Shown: positions 48,148-62,382, numbered from the stretch's first letter. The stretch is 64,000 bases of DNA from Calcarisporiella thermophila CBS 279.70 (GCF_041956535.1 NW_027192205.1:1-64000); one strand, 5' to 3'. A program made the numbers and translations. Notes: generated by a model from the letters alone, not told the origin.

Positions 48148-49776
48148 TCAAATCCACAATGACATTCCGCGCCTTGTCGCCGTCCTCGCTTCCCCTACCC
48201 CCTCGTCCTCCTCCTCCTCTTCCTCCTCCACCCCCGATTCCAAGTCGTCCAGATCCGGCAAGTAGAACGGAATATCGGGTTGGAACTGCGGCTTCCGTCG
48301 GCGTGGGGGGGCATAGGTCTCTGGCCCATATTTCGGGGCGCCGGGAGGCCGTTGACGAAGAGGGAAAGAATTGGAGTCGTTTTCTTCCTCGGTGGTGTGC
48401 GCTGGTTTGTACGAGCCACGGATGCTATGGTCGCATATCATGAAGATAAGCGGGGCGCACCCGACCAGGCTGGCATAGAGCCGCCGTGTATAGGGGCGGA
48501 GCCCACGCCGCGTCCGGATGTAGAGGATCACACACGGCAATACCATTGGCAGCCGCAGGCATTTCCGGAAGGTGGGACGCAGCCGCCCCAGCACACCCTG
48601 ATCGGGGGGGTTCCACGGCCTCCGCCAGGGGTTCTCGTCGTTCTCGTCCACGTCCTCGTCGTTGTCAAACTGGAGCAGCTCCTCCAGATCCAGGTCATCG
48701 CTCTCGGCCGCATAGTAGTCCGCGAGCCGGCGCGGACGGTTCACCCACTCCACCGTGGACATGTTTGCACGGTAAAGGTAGAGGTGGAAGAACCCGAGGT
48801 TCGCGAGAAGCAGAAAAGCAAGCATACCGAGGAGACTGAGGAAAAGCACGAGGATAAGGAGGGGGATGGCATAGGTTTCGGGGAGAGAAGCCCAAGGATT
48901 GGCCAAGGCGGCAGCAGTGGATTCGTCTACCATTAAAAAGCAAGAGGTCAGCTCGATAAATGCAGTTCGAGGGGGGGAGGAGAGGGGGAAAGGGAGGAGA
49001 GGAAAATGGGCAAAACGCTTTTCTTTAGCCCCACTCACCTGCTGATGAATCGCGGTAAGTAGCATATAAGCTAATGATGTAGAAACCACATATCGTATAG
49101 GAGAGCAGGGTGAGGGCTGCTACCCCAATAAGCCAGCAAAATAATCTAGAGGGCATCGAGAGGAGTTAGCAAGCGCGCACCCTTCATGGGAAAGCAACGG
49201 AGTCAATCACCTATAATTCGATGACCCCACACAGCAATTGAGCCAGCGACAGTGGTGATCCATGCCTGCGATGCATTTGTTGCATACTTTACAGTGTCGA
49301 GTTGCGGATGATCTGGAGGATGGGGAAACAACAGTGGCATTAACTCTGGGATCGAATCAATGTCATCTCCATGCAGCAGGAATCACTCACACTTTTACTC
49401 TACAAATGCCACACACCCCCTTTGAAATGACCGAGACGCCCGCGGCTCGCACAAACGACATGCTCCTTGTGACGCCTGCGTTCTTCACCGCCGCATCCTC
49501 CGTCTCCTGCAGAGAAGTGGCGATGCTCAACCCATTCCCTAGCATCATCGATACCACCATGAACCATCGTACCCATCCAAATCCGGGCTGCGCCGAGATA
49601 AAGCGGTCGAAGACAAGAAAATAGCCTGCCTCCAGAAGCAGAATCCCGAGCCACTGGAGCAGAAAAAGCATGTCGAAGGGTGTATGCAGCCCATGTTGCC
49701 GAGCCCAGTCATTCCGGTGGATGGCGAGCCGGGCGGAAGCGGATGTGCAAGGCGAATGCACATACGTGAGGGGCAT
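48148..49776 (-). CDS. DHHC palmitoyltransferase
   Basis: Spliced CGICRVKV|[34 protein letters not shown]|LF. Four TM segments and FHLYL..NMSTVEW (TTxE-like). Three introns. Confidence 0.92.
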
Positions 49777-50738
49777 GGTTGGAGATTGCCAAATAGCGAG
49801 CGGTTGTGCGCGATGGGGGATAATGAGAGGAATCTCGATGATGATCTACTTGCAGATGGGCGCCGAAGGAAAGAGAGGGAGAGAGGGGGGGAGAGGGGTT
49901 GGCGGGGGAGAAACGGTGGAGAGTCTTGAGAAACAGGAAACAGGAAACAGGAACCGGGAGCCAGAACAGCCTCCTCTGCAGAAATAAAAAAAAATATTTG
50001 CTGGTGACAGATAGGCCAGGCCTGTGGATCTCGTCAACAAATAAATTGGAGAAAGCAAACTCTAATTTTCGCAGTCATGCCGCCGCCGTTCCCCCCTTCT
50101 GCGAAGCTTTCAGCTCCTGATGGGGCGCAGGGGCGAGGGAAAAGGGAGGCGGGGGGAAGCCGCACAACGATAAGGTACATCCCTAGGACCATCGCCCCGT
50201 TTTCGCGGCTTACTATGCCCTTTGCCCTCTTGCAATCGACACCGACAGCGCAAGCATGCAAACCGAAATTTCGGAGTGGAGCAGCTTGCGCGAGTCGGCC
50301 CGCAGCGGAAGGGTGCAGGGCTAGGGAGCATGCAGCTTGAGCCTGCAGAGTCCGCTAGGCTTGGGCCATTCTCCCCCCCCCCCCCCGCCAGCATCACCAG
50401 AAGGCAGGGCCGAACTCAATCCCTGGCGATCGGCCAAGCGGGATCCGGCCTAAAGCCTGCAATGCAATTATTCATTGGCAGCCCGAGCTGGCCACTCTGA
50501 TTTCTTCGCACCCCGAGTAAGGTGGACGCGGCGCTCGGGCTCCCAAGCGGGGACCGTGAGAGCCCGCTCGGAATCCTCTATCAACCAAGATTTATTGACA
50601 TCAAACGCCTATATTAATAATAAGTGCATCCCTAAATGATTCGAGAATAAATAGCAGAACATATCAGGTGGGAGAAAGAAAAAATACAAGTATAAAGAGT
50701 TTTATATGGAGGAGGTGGAGGGATAGAGATGGGTTAAG

Positions 50739-52957
50739 TTACAGCACGTAGCGGAATTCGGGATGCAAATCTCCCATATCCTCTAAAACCCGCTGGTCGA
50801 TTCCCTCGTGAGCTCTTTCCGACTGATCCCGGCGCCGGTTCTCGCGCTGTAAATACAGGTGCAGGAGCACCGTGAAAATGAAGCTCACGGCCAGAAAGGC
50901 TGCGTTTGTGACATGACCTGGTATATAGTGTGGCTTGTGTTCGTCGCGGTAGATCTGCCCTCCGAGGACGCCCCCGATGTTGCCAAAGGAGATCATCATA
51001 GCACTAGCGACCCCGCGCTTGGTGCTACCGCCGATGTTGTTAGTCATCCAGGCAAGGGAGGTGGGTATCATGGGGAAAAACCTAGAATAGTAGTGGGATC
51101 AGGCTGAGCAAGGAATAGGAGGGGGGGGGAGGGAAGAGAAATGCGTAGTTACCCAATGGCGGCCAAAAAAGTCGCAGTGTAGAGGCCAGCCACCGACCGT
51201 AGAGTCGCCAGCAGGATGAAGGCAAGCACACCCACCGCCGAGCATATCAGCAGATAGACGGACCGTTTCCCCGTGCGGTCCGAGAGATACCCCACCAACG
51301 CGGTCGCAATACACCCCACGGCGTACGGCGGAGAGCTAAGCAACTGAGCCTACAAGAAAAGCAAACCAGGGTTACGCTCACCCGGAGACAAGAGGGGTAG
51401 AGGAGCAAACCAGGCGATACCTGAAGGCTGGTGAACCCAAGGCCATTGACAATCGAGGGGATAAACAGACTGAAGGAGTAGAGGGGCACCAGGATTCCGA
51501 TGTATATCACCATGTAGAAGTAGACCTAATCATGGGAGCCGATCCCATCGTCAGCCCTGTTTGCATCGCTGTTTCGCTAATAAGGGTGCATCCTACCTTA
51601 ATATCACGGGCGGCAGCAAACACGTGATTCCAGCTGAAGTGGCTCGCCGTGGCCACGGTGTCGTTCCGGAGCCGTCGTTGCGCAAGCTCGCGCTGGGCGG
51701 GGGTGAGAAATTTGGCCGTCTCCGGAAAATCAGCAAGGACAAAGTAGGACGCAAACGCTAGCACAACCGTGGCGCCGCCCTCGAGAATAAAAATCCTACC
51801 AAGGAGAGACGCATTAGGGCATCGCGGCAAGGGAGTAAGACGCGCGGAGGGGGGCTTAGCCCGATAGAGAAGCAATACCATTGCCATCCAGCCAGCCCCT
51901 GGATCCCGTCCATTTGCTGGATGCCGTACGCGAGCACCCCTCCGAAAGCCCCGGAGAGACTGGCGGCGGAGAAGAAGAGGGCAATGCGCAGGCTTTGCTC
52001 GCTCCGTTTATACCAGAAGGTGAGGTAGTACACCACGCCAGGAAACAGGCCGGCTTCAGCAAGGCCTAATCCCCCGGGGGGGACAGAGTTAGAGTTAGAG
52101 CTCAACAAGCAATCCAATCTAGGGTGACGCTAGTTTACCGAGGAAAAAGCGGTTTGCCATCAGGTCGGAAAAATTCCGGGAGAATGCCATGGCCACCATG
52201 ATTCCGCCCCACACCACCATGATGCTGATTGCAGATAATATTCAGATCATCCATAAGGCACAATGAAAGCGCACTGTGGCCGAGAACCGGCACGCCAATA
52301 CTTACGAGGGTATCCATTTGGAAGGAGTGAGTTTCTTCAGGAGGAGATTCGACGGCACTTCAAACAGAACATACTGCACAGCCAGAGGAGGGCGACCCAT
52401 AAGAAGCAAGCAGATTACAAAGTCAAGACCTCATTCGCTCTTTGGCGGCCCATTCAGCTCCACTTACCCCAATAAAGAAAATAGAGAGAGACCATGCGTA
52501 TTCTGGCCCACTCAAGCCCAAAGAGTGCTCCATCCCGGCCACCTTGGCATTCCCAATCGCAATTCTGTCTGTCAAGAGCCATCAGGGCAGGATCATTAGT
52601 CAGCGAATGGAGGGCAGAGATGGGTGTGGGGGAATCGTGGGAACCTACCAAGGAAGCTGAGGAGGTAGAGAAGGGCCAAGAAAGGAACTATGCGAGGGCA
52701 AGGGTAGTGAGAGATCAGCAATGGCATGCATATACTGATTGTGCAGCTACAACGATGACATCAGCGGCCGTCGTCAACCTACCTAGATGGATATCCTGCT
52801 TGAAGAGCAAGGCTTTCTCGAGAGCAGGATCGACCGAGGTCAGGTCGGCCTTCTCGGGAGGGTAGCCGGGGGCATTCCCGGAGCCATCTACAGGCAGGCC
52901 ATTCTTTTCATGGGAGAGGGCGCTCTCGGTCTGCTCGTCTTGCTGGGGCGTCGTCAT
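50739..52957 (-). CDS. MFS transporter, anion:cation symporter (DAL5/TNA1-like) family
   Basis: LSFLDRIAIGNAKVAG, FEVPSNLLLK, AEAGLFPGVVYYLTFWY, IFILEG, GNIGG and HPEFRYVL. Multi-exon. Confidence 0.92.
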
Positions 52958-53324
52958 GGCGGGCAAAGGGAAAGCAATACGCAGGCCGAGATAGAATTTG
53001 CAACCTCTCTAATTCCAATTTATAGCGTTCGTTTCAGATTGGCCGTCAAATCTCCCTGAAGATTGTTTAATTGTCCGAAGCGAATTGGGGGTCCGCCATG
53101 TCACGTTGGATGTGGGAAGAGTGTGGAGAAGGGTAGCTTCACCCTGTTCAACCTCCGCCCCCCCCCTCCCCCTCTTCCCTCGCCTGGCCGGCAGGCTCGC
53201 CAGCCTCCCCCGCCCGCTCGGCCCAAGAGCTCTCCGTCGAGGCCGCCCGTTCTTCCTGCCCGTGTTAAGCCGCGGGCGCTGCCAAGGGCCTAAAGGACGG
53301 GCCCATCGTGGCCAGTGCTTATGA

Positions 53325-53877
53325 TCAGAAACAATCCTTGACTTGTCTGTGCTTAGAGTTCCGGATGGTACAACAGGCTTGGGCCTATTCATGGAATATA
53401 TCCTCACGCGGGAAAAAAGTACAGAAATAAGCTCGAGGCTTGTCTTTGCGGAGCCCACAGAGGAGGAGGATTGGCGTTACTCGGCCCTGCATCTGAATCA
53501 TGTCGGCTATACTCAGGACCCTCCGGGCTTTGTGAACGAGGCCCCCCTTCTGAGCTGGCCGCTCGGCCGCTAACTTTGGGCCGGCTAGGCGTGTGGACGG
53601 GGGATATAGCCAGCGGGGGGGAGGGACTGGAACCGCCAGGGCTGCCATGTATGGCTGAACTGGGTTATCGCACAGTGAGTGTACTGCACCGAGGAGTACA
53701 ACTCTGGGATGACTAACGCAGATTGACAAGTGAATAAGCATAGTGGCGATAAACTTTTGCTGGCATTGTGCGAGGTTCTTCTTTAAACTCCTTTTCACTC
53801 CAGAGGGCATATCGATTCGCTTTCATTTCCACCCCTTGATCAATCAGAGATAACAGAGGCTTTGATGGATATGTCAT
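53325..53877 (-). CDS. Possible small unannotated spliced gene divergent from INTS3
   Basis: Exon 53877-53718 joins in phase, through a GTTAGT...CTCAC...CAG intron (53717-53660), to an open exon. A second intron (GTAACG...ATAG) is possible. No recognisable domain. Confidence 0.3.
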
Positions 53878-53997
53878 TTGGGGTTGAAGAACATTCTGAT
53901 ATGCAATTCAGCAGTCACAATTATACCAGTCCTTCGGGGAAGAAGAGGGTAGAGCGTCAACGCGCAAATCACGCAGGTGCGGATTTTCGGTGACATC

Positions 53998-56900
53998 ATG
54001 GCTGCAATCGAACAACCATCGCGCATCGTGGATAACGATCCACTCGATGAAGAAGATGCCATAGATAAGGTAACGGGCGACCTTTAATGCCCCTTAATCT
54101 CTAAATGCTAACTCACCCATGGTGTTGCGAATTCAGGATATGGCAAGGCATTTCGACGAGCTCCAGGCGACATTACAAGGAAAATCCGACATCGAGGTGC
54201 ACAATGAGCTACAAGACCGAGTATGTGTCTCTTATTTTCATGGATGCATGCGTCCAGTAGGTTACTACTACAAAGGCTCACACAACAACCGTGATTCAAT
54301 TCAATAGGCATCTCAGGGCCGTGTCAAGTATTCAGACGTTTCCTCTGCTCTCCTCTACGGGATCCTAACCGATCCAATAAATGCCAAGACTGTATGCTTA
54401 TCCCCCTCTTTTCGACCAATACCCTAGCGTTAGCGCTAATCGTGTTCTCTCCATCTTAGCATTTTCAACGTCTTTCTGTGGTGAATCGCGATTTTTATAA
54501 CAATGTACTACATCTACTAAAACACCTGTCGTCTTCAACGAAATTTCATCAGTTTTACCACCCAGTGCATGAACAAGTAAGCGTTTCCTTCAATTATCGT
54601 CAAGGCTCCTACGGCTGTACTAACTCGCTTCATATTCACGTAAAGATGCTATGGCTTGTGGGAGAACTCACCGCCCTAGCTGTGCAGGACATAGATATGG
54701 TCTACATTGCATTATTCCGGCAATTGCGGGGTAAGCCTTCTGGTTGACGCAGGAGGGGCGCGATGTATAATGGATGATGTCCTTTTTATGGATAGGCTCT
54801 GACTTAACTAAAACCAATCTTTGGCTATGCGAATCCTTGCTTACCTTGCTAGACGTCCACAGGTGGGTTTATTTTCTTCTCGTAACTGTTTGTTTATGTG
54901 CAGCCCTGGCTCATGCTTTTTTAATTCTAGAGAAAAGCTGGATCTCTATCCAGATGTCATAACCACCTCACTCTATATCTATCTGCGCTTGATTCCTGAT
55001 CACACGACGGTCGGCCCACTTCGTCAACGAGAGATCAACTACTGTGCATCCATACTACGAGAAAAGGTATGGTGAATGGGGGAGGTGGGATGATGGCTCC
55101 CGCAGCGGCTTTGCTCATGGTTATGTATATGTGTTTCTTGAGTATAGTTTGTCTCTTGTGTGCGCATTGGGAGAGATCTAGTTCGAGCTTTGCAGGATGT
55201 TTCTCGAATCCCAGAGTTTGAGCCGATATGGATCGATATCCTGAATAACCCCACCAAATTATATCCTCATTTTAAAGGTTTGTACGAAAGGTTGACTCGG
55301 ATCTTCTCTAGTATAAGGTGCCTGAGCTCCTTGGCGCTTTTCTTCTTCTCTTCACCTGCTTAGGCGTTTGGCAATTGCTCTCCTCCCCAACCCCCAGGGA
55401 ATACCTTCAGCGTCGGCTCACGGAAGATATGGAAAAAAAGCTATACTTCATCCTGACAAAGGTAATCCTCATGAACTTCTCTCCTCCTAGGCAGCCTGTC
55501 CTAAACCACCTCTGAATGTAGCTCAAGACCAATAATTTTGCGCGCAATCTTCAGTGGTTCCTCCAACGCTATCTTCCTGTTGAGTCTGACGCACTCTACT
55601 GCGATATTATTCGCTACATCTGCGGCGTTTATCATCCGTCGAACGCGGTGCTTGCTTCTGATATTGTACCGCGCTATGTGATCATTGGAAATCTAATGCG
55701 CACGATCAAGGTATCGTTTTCATATGCATGTACCCCCTCTTGCCTCCAGATACTCATCTCTATGTCCCCTGATCGATGACAGAGTCACACAACGAGTAGC
55801 AATGCAAAATTGACTCTGTTTTTTGATTGGCTCTTTTTTGATCCAGCCGTAGATAACATCATGAATATAGGTACACGTCCCACAGTGTTTAAAGTTGTGT
55901 TGAAAACTAATTAGTAGAATGACAAATGCATTGTCTGCCTCTCCTTTAGAACCCGCAATGCTACTGATCGAACGCTCCCTGTCCACCTATCCTGCCACCT
56001 CTAACATGCTTCTTGAATTCCTTCGCTTTACTATCGATGAGTATTTTCCGCCTCTCCGTGACCGTTTGTTTGCAGGCGTACAAGCAAGCATGCGTATCAT
56101 GCTTGAGAAAGGGGTGATCCGCTCGCTGGTCGCGGTGTATAGGCACCCAGCGCTTGCGGAAGAAGTCCGGGTTTATATGCGGGAAATGTTCGGGCTCTTT
56201 TTGGAGGGACCGTCTGGGAGTGTGGGTGGAATGAGTGGAGCCCAGGGGGGGGATAACTTGCATTTTATTCCAACTCCCGCCGTGGCCTCTCTGCATGTGG
56301 CCGTGGCGCCCGTAGCTGCAGGTAGTGGCATTGGGGCCGATGCAACGCCCTCGCAAGCACCCTTCTCAGAAGTCGCCCCGTTTTCTGTAGAGACAAACGC
56401 ATGCAAGGATGGCGAAATAGAGGGTGCACTGGAGGCGCAGGATGAGGAGGAACTGAGAAAATGGGCGGCAGAAAAGGAAGCGGATGGTATGGAGTATGGC
56501 TCGAACGAATGGCAAGAGCAGGAGCAAGAGGGAGAAGAGGGAGAGGAGGGGAGACTGGCTGCTGAAGACTTGGGCATGGAGGAGGAGGGCAATGGGGTCG
56601 AGCCCGAAGAGTATGATGGCGGATATGAGGAGGAGGTCGTGGAGGAGGAGGACGATGCTATGGAGACCTTTTCCCACGATGAAGAGTCTGAAGACGTGCT
56701 TCAAAACGAGCCAAGCTTTTGGCTCTTTGGCAGTTCTCTTACCACTTTTCGTGATGCTTGTATCGCTATGCGCAAAACGGGAGACGATAGCTCCGCAAGA
56801 CAAACACTCAACGACATACTGAAGGTATACCAGAAGATGGATGTCCCCCCCCGGCAGTTGTCACAGGTGATCGCCGGGTATATGAATGAAGGCGCGCACC

Positions 56901-58617
56901 GAGTCCAAATAGGCGAGGAGTATGGGGTTGGCGAAGGGGAGGAAATAATGGATCTATTTGGGGCACTGTTGCTCTCCTGGTGGGATGGGGACCAGAACAA
57001 AAAGATGGAAGAACTAGTAAAATGGGTCGTAGGGGCCGGGGTGGGGGCCAAGGCCGAAAAATGGATCCTAGGGATGCGTCTGCTGATGTTTCTGGCCAGG
57101 TAAGCATCGCCACCATGGATGCCCAACTATATGAATTAATTTTATTTTGTTGAACCTCTCTAGGCAAGCCGTCAAACAAGGCTATTCCCTTGACCAAGTT
57201 GGAAGCAGCCACTTCGATACTTATGACCAGGCCATTTCCTATTCCTTACAGGCCACGGAGGAACTTACCAAGGACGAAGTGTATCGCGCCGCCCTTCTCC
57301 GAGATATGAGGTACCTCCAAGAGCGCCACCCCCTCGCTTTCTTCCATCTCCTCCAGCCCCTTCTTCGTATCTACCGGGAGTACCTGGCCATGCCCACTGT
57401 CGACCCGAACCTCCTCTACCTGATAGCATCGGCTGCGTCTCCTGCTCAGATCTACACGCTCACCTGCTCGCTCCTCTACGACGAGATAGAGTTGCTCGGG
57501 CACGGCGGTGACTACGATGAAGTCTTGATGGCCACCCTGGAGTGGGAGTCGTACGAGCAGACCTCTTTCTGGAAATTGTTCCGTGCAGAGTTCGCAGGCC
57601 GAGCACAAAAGATCGAAGATCTATTGAAAGGCTCCGCGATTCTCAGAGGGTTGGATGCGGAGGTGAATCCCGAGCCTCTACAGGCGCTTCTCGAAATGCT
57701 GGGGAGTGTTCCTCCCGGCCCCGGACTTATCCGGGCCGTGTTGACGATGGTCCCTACGGGAGAGGACGAGCCGGTGCCCAAATATATTTTCGTGGCGCTG
57801 GAGCAGTGGTGTCGAGTGTGGAAGGGAGAGCTGGAAACCTCGCTGAGAGAGGTGGTTCTCGGCTACGCGAGTTCGCTTGACTCGATCGGCGGCGAGGACG
57901 AAGAGAGTGAGGGGGCATTATTAGAGGAGGCTAGGCAATTGATTCGGATGGTGGCCGGATGGTGGAAGTCTAAAGGCGACCTTGCTTTGTCCCATCTTGG
58001 CGAAATACTACTGAAGATGCCCATGTCGCTGTGTCTAGATGCACTCTTGCGGCGGTTGGAGATGGAGGCAGAATGTCCTGAAGGATTTGTTGACCAGCTG
58101 AATCATGGTAAAAAGAAGTGCGGGCCATTTGGCCGTACTATTTAATTCCCTTCACTCTCCTAACTTTACCTATTCTTTCCGCCTTCTAGTAATTAGAGAA
58201 AGCCGCGAGCTTGTCGAAAAGAAACGCAAACGCTCAGAAACATTGAGTATTGAAGTAAAGGACCGGCTGCTAGCACCTATTTTGAAAGAGTACCAGGAAT
58301 ATCAAGAGTCATCTCGCACCACTAGAAACGAACCTGATGGTGAAACCGCTAGCGTGAACAACACTCCAGAAGAGAGTGGCGAAGACAAGGAAAAGGTCAA
58401 TGAGGGCGCTGAAGAAGAAGAAGAAGAAGAAGAGGCGACCATGAGAGGCGACGGGGAGAAGGAGGAACTTGCGACTGAGGATCGGGAGAAGGAGGAGGAG
58501 GAGGAAGAAGAGGAAGAGGAGGGAGATGCCGAAGAGATGGTTGGATCGCGACGAGCAGCGGCCTCAGGAGTCAAGGCCATGAGGAGAAGACTTGTGGTAT
58601 TAGATGATGATGATTAG
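53998..58617 (+). CDS. INTS3: Integrator complex subunit 3 / SOSS-A homolog, about 13 introns
   Basis: [52 protein letters not shown] and [27 protein letters not shown]-terminal [14 protein letters not shown]. All introns GT-AG and in phase. Confidence 0.9.
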
Positions 58618-58822
58618 CGGCATTTTATCAACCACTCTATTCCCCTTATGCCAGGTCGTTTTGTAAATAGTTACTTGCTCGTTTTCTATTGTCGCCAAAA
58701 AAAACACCCCTTTTATCCTTTAATCTATCTTCCATTTTGATCTGAATATAACCAACTTTATTTGCCCTTCTACTAAAATGAAACAAATAGTTCAACAAAT
58801 AATCTCAGCACGTTAAAGGAAA

Positions 58823-59375
58823 CTACACTCTCAGGCCAAGACGATGCTCCATTGCTGCGTGAATATCGATGATATCGGTAGAGTGCTCGGGGTCTACGAA
58901 AAAGAAAGGAAGGAGGGTTCAGATCTCGGCACTACACGAAATTACGAATCCACTTACCGCCTAGAACATCTTCAAACTCCAACGACTCGTCTTTACCGGC
59001 CAAAATGTCAAGGCCCACTCCAGAGGAGGGCAGCCCCGGAAGCCGCTGCATTTGCGCAACAATATTCTTCTCCATTAACAACCTCACCGGTGCATGGATT
59101 CCGTATACCCGGCGATGCATCTCAAGTTTAAGACTCTGTTGCGTCTCTTCCCAGTTTGCCAACTGCTGCTCTAGCGGGTGCTTGGGAAGAACTTCTGTAA
59201 CTACTGTGCGAATCCCGTGGCGAAGTGTGTCATGGGAGCCGTGTTGCGAGGTGCTTGGGGTGGAGTGTGAAGTGGTGGAGAGTGATGGCGCGGGTGCAAT
59301 ACGAAGTGTAGAGTCAGCCTAAAGATACATCGGGTTAATACAATTCGATTGGGTTTATAGGCGGCGATTTACCAT
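58823..59375 (-). CDS. UMP1: Proteasome maturation factor UMP1
   Basis: HDTLRHG, HPLEQQLANWEETQ, YGIHAPVRLLME, GLDILAGKDESLEFEDVL and IHAAMEHRLGL. First coding exon is ATG only. Confidence 0.92.
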
Positions 59376-59635
59376 GTTCTTTGTGGTGAATTGCGATACG
59401 ATACGGGCAGAGTAGATTGGAGGAACCGAAGATCAATTCGTATTCTGCACTAAATCGAGTACGATGAACGCGTCAACCTTTTGGGATGATTACGTCAATG
59501 GACCTGTGGCTTGGCTCCGGGACTGGCTTCCAGCAATTTCATAACGCGACGAAAGCGGACCAAGCGCGCATCTTCGAGAATTTGGGACGTAGCATGACTG
59601 GGCATTAGACAATTTCACATCCATCACAGCTCAAC

Positions 59636-61846
59636 ATGTTACCGATCGAAGAGGTTAAAGGTAATTCATTCCTGATTCCTTCATGACGATCTTCGTACTT
59701 ATTTAGTCTTGTGCGATTTGCTAGAGGCCAAGCGGCGTCGCCTTGTCGTACTCTCCTTTTGGGCGGTCATTATCCTAGGCATTCCTCTCTGGTGGAAAAC
59801 CACCGAAGTATACCGCGCACCACTTCCCTTTGCTGAAATAGAAGAATGGTCCCACAAAACGTGCGATATGCGATTCCCTGTCCATCTTCGCCTCCACATT
59901 TCAGACGCAACAAAAGATTTAGACATCACAGGTATTGGAAATAGCGTGAAGGATGGTGTTGCAGAGAGATTGAAGAGTGAAGAAAAATGCTTGGAATACG
60001 AGGCCGATGTATCCGTGATGGCGTGGAACGACGCAAAACAAAGTGAATCTTCAACATGTAAAACATCAAATGAGATTCCCCTTCTCCTCCTTTCTTCTAT
60101 TGCTAAACCTGACATCAATAGGGCTAGACGAAGAGGATCAGGATTCAGAACCTGGAACATACGACCTCTACGTGCGACCAGATGTACCTGTGTCCCGGTC
60201 AAAAAAGTTTATTGACGCAAACCGAGTATTTGTAGGAAGAGGGCGACGCATGTTGGTTTTGGTCAAGGACTGGCGTGAAGGCAAATAGACAATGGAGTTG
60301 AGCTTGCAAAGCAGACGCTGAGTCTTAGCTGTTCTTCTTTTTTAGACGAGATATCCAAGGTGTTATCGATATATGCCTCGAGTCTCTTCACAAAAGAGCG
60401 TGAGAGTATCCGCAGAATAATTGCTGAGCAAAGAGGCGAGCAAACAGCCGTAATTAGATGCTCATCTTCAAGCATTTGCTCGCATGGTGCTTAAATTATG
60501 ACTATATCTATTTAGGCCAACCATGATAGCATGCGCACTTTTAAGTATTCCCGCGAATACCGTATAACCTTTAGTTTGATGAATGGTGGGGCCGGGCATG
60601 TTGACTGGGATATTGCCAAAGCGGTTGATGGTATATTTGTGGCCATGATGTTCTACTAGGATTTTCATTCATCTCCCTTTTCTTCTTGCATAGTGTATCT
60701 ACAACCATTCCTACGAGAGCTTTCCGTCGTCTCCAATTTCACGGTTGATTCTCAGGTACCTTGACGTTGCTCGTAATTCCTTTTTTGATTATGCTTATCG
60801 AGGCATTCAACCTTTTTCTATTATCATTAGATCCAGCATTATGCTTCTCTTACCGTTACTCCCCAGCATCACCAAGATGGCACTTCGTCATATTATTATC
60901 TCACCCCTGAGAAGCTTCCTCACTTTGTAAATGCGGCTGAATGGAATCTCGGTAAATACATTTCAAGGGAAAAAAAAAAGGCTTTGATTAGTACTTAGAG
61001 GCTTATCCTTTATTGCAGCTTCTATTGTTTCATCCTATCCCACGATAAATTTTGTGCTATACGTGGCGTCTCCTGAAATGCGCCCCCTGAAAATTCATGA
61101 TGCCAGAGGTAGGCTCTTACTTCTCCCTTTTGCATTGTGAAACTGCCATGCAATGAATATTCATTTTAGGCAACATAATCGAAAGCAACGCTTTCTCCAT
61201 CCCACAATGGGGGGGTGTCGTCATTGCGAACCCTGCGTCCTCCAGCAAGCAGGAAAACGGCTATCATTTCTCGCCCAGCGAGCTGGCGACCCCCATGTCC
61301 GTGTTCCTGACCCAGTTACGTGACCTGATGGGGGTGCGCGATATCAGTGCTGAAATAAGCGATGCCCTTGGTCCCTCTTTTATGGTGGATTTTGCCCCTG
61401 CTCGCGAAAAGGGCCTCACTGCTCTTGAACTGGACGCACTGCTTCGACGCCGACAGGCAGAAAACTTGAGCTCTGCGCTAACCACGCTGCGCTCCCTTGC
61501 CCAGCTCGTACAAAATATTCCAAATATGGTGGTTCTATCCCAGATCCAAGCGCAGGTGGATGAGGCCTTGCGAAGCGTGCGCGCCGCCTTCGATGGGCGC
61601 AAGCGGCTGGTCGACACTGTGAGGGATTCGATTGTAGCGGTGTCGACTAGTGAGGGCGCATTTTTCGACCCGACCATGGTTGCCATGCTCTACTTCCCCG
61701 ACGAGCACAAGTATGCCATCTACATGCCCCTCTTTGTGCCCATCTCTGTTCCGCTGTTGGGTGCGCTTCGAAGGGAATTAAGCGAACGGCGGAAACGCAA
61801 AAAGTCAAAAGAAAAAGGAAAAGAGAAGGACAAGAAGGACCAATAA
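59636..61846 (+). CDS. PIGS: GPI transamidase component PIG-S/Gpi17
   Basis: [29 protein letters not shown] and [27 protein letters not shown]-terminal KKDQ (KKxx ER retrieval). Confidence 0.93.
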
Positions 61847-62382
61847 CCCCTCCATTTGTAATTGAAATTATATCATGCTTCTGCCTGCCTTTTTTTTTTT
61901 GTGTGTGAAAATATCTCGTTTTTCGCTTGAGATTTGGCATACTGTAGTTTTTTTTTTCTTTCGCCATAATTTTTCATGAATAAATTTTCACCCTTTCAAC
62001 AAAACGAACCTCACCCAGATGACTGACAATACCAGTCCGCTTTTGATTGGGAGCATCAATTTGTAGGAAACAGTTGACTAGCTTCTAGCTGATGATTATT
62101 TTCTTGTGATTTGCGTATGCTAGAGCCTCTTGTGTTGGTTTGAATTCTCGTTCGTCGTGATATTGCCATATTAAATGTGTCGCTTGCCTCCTAACATAGA
62201 ATCCCACCACTTTTGAAGTGATGGCACAGGGGCTCTCAGTATTGAGGGCATTATAATACATGTGATTGTCACTCATGCTGGGGGGGGGGGTAAATTTTTG
62301 ATAGCAAACAATCAACTTTATATTGCAAGAACACATCAATTTATCATCAGATAGAATTAAGAAGAAAATAGAGAAGATCCTT

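Noticed and set aside
53400-53720. Structured ncRNA (snRNA, SRP, RNase P/MRP) or INIP/SOSS-C gene next to INTS3
   Set aside because: No diagnostic RNA motifs recognised, and the putative peptide does not resemble INIP.
60275-60345. A third GC-AG intron, in PIG-S (GAAG|GCAAAT)
   Set aside because: An in-phase GT donor (TGGC|GTGAAG) lies 6 nt upstream, so GC usage is not required.
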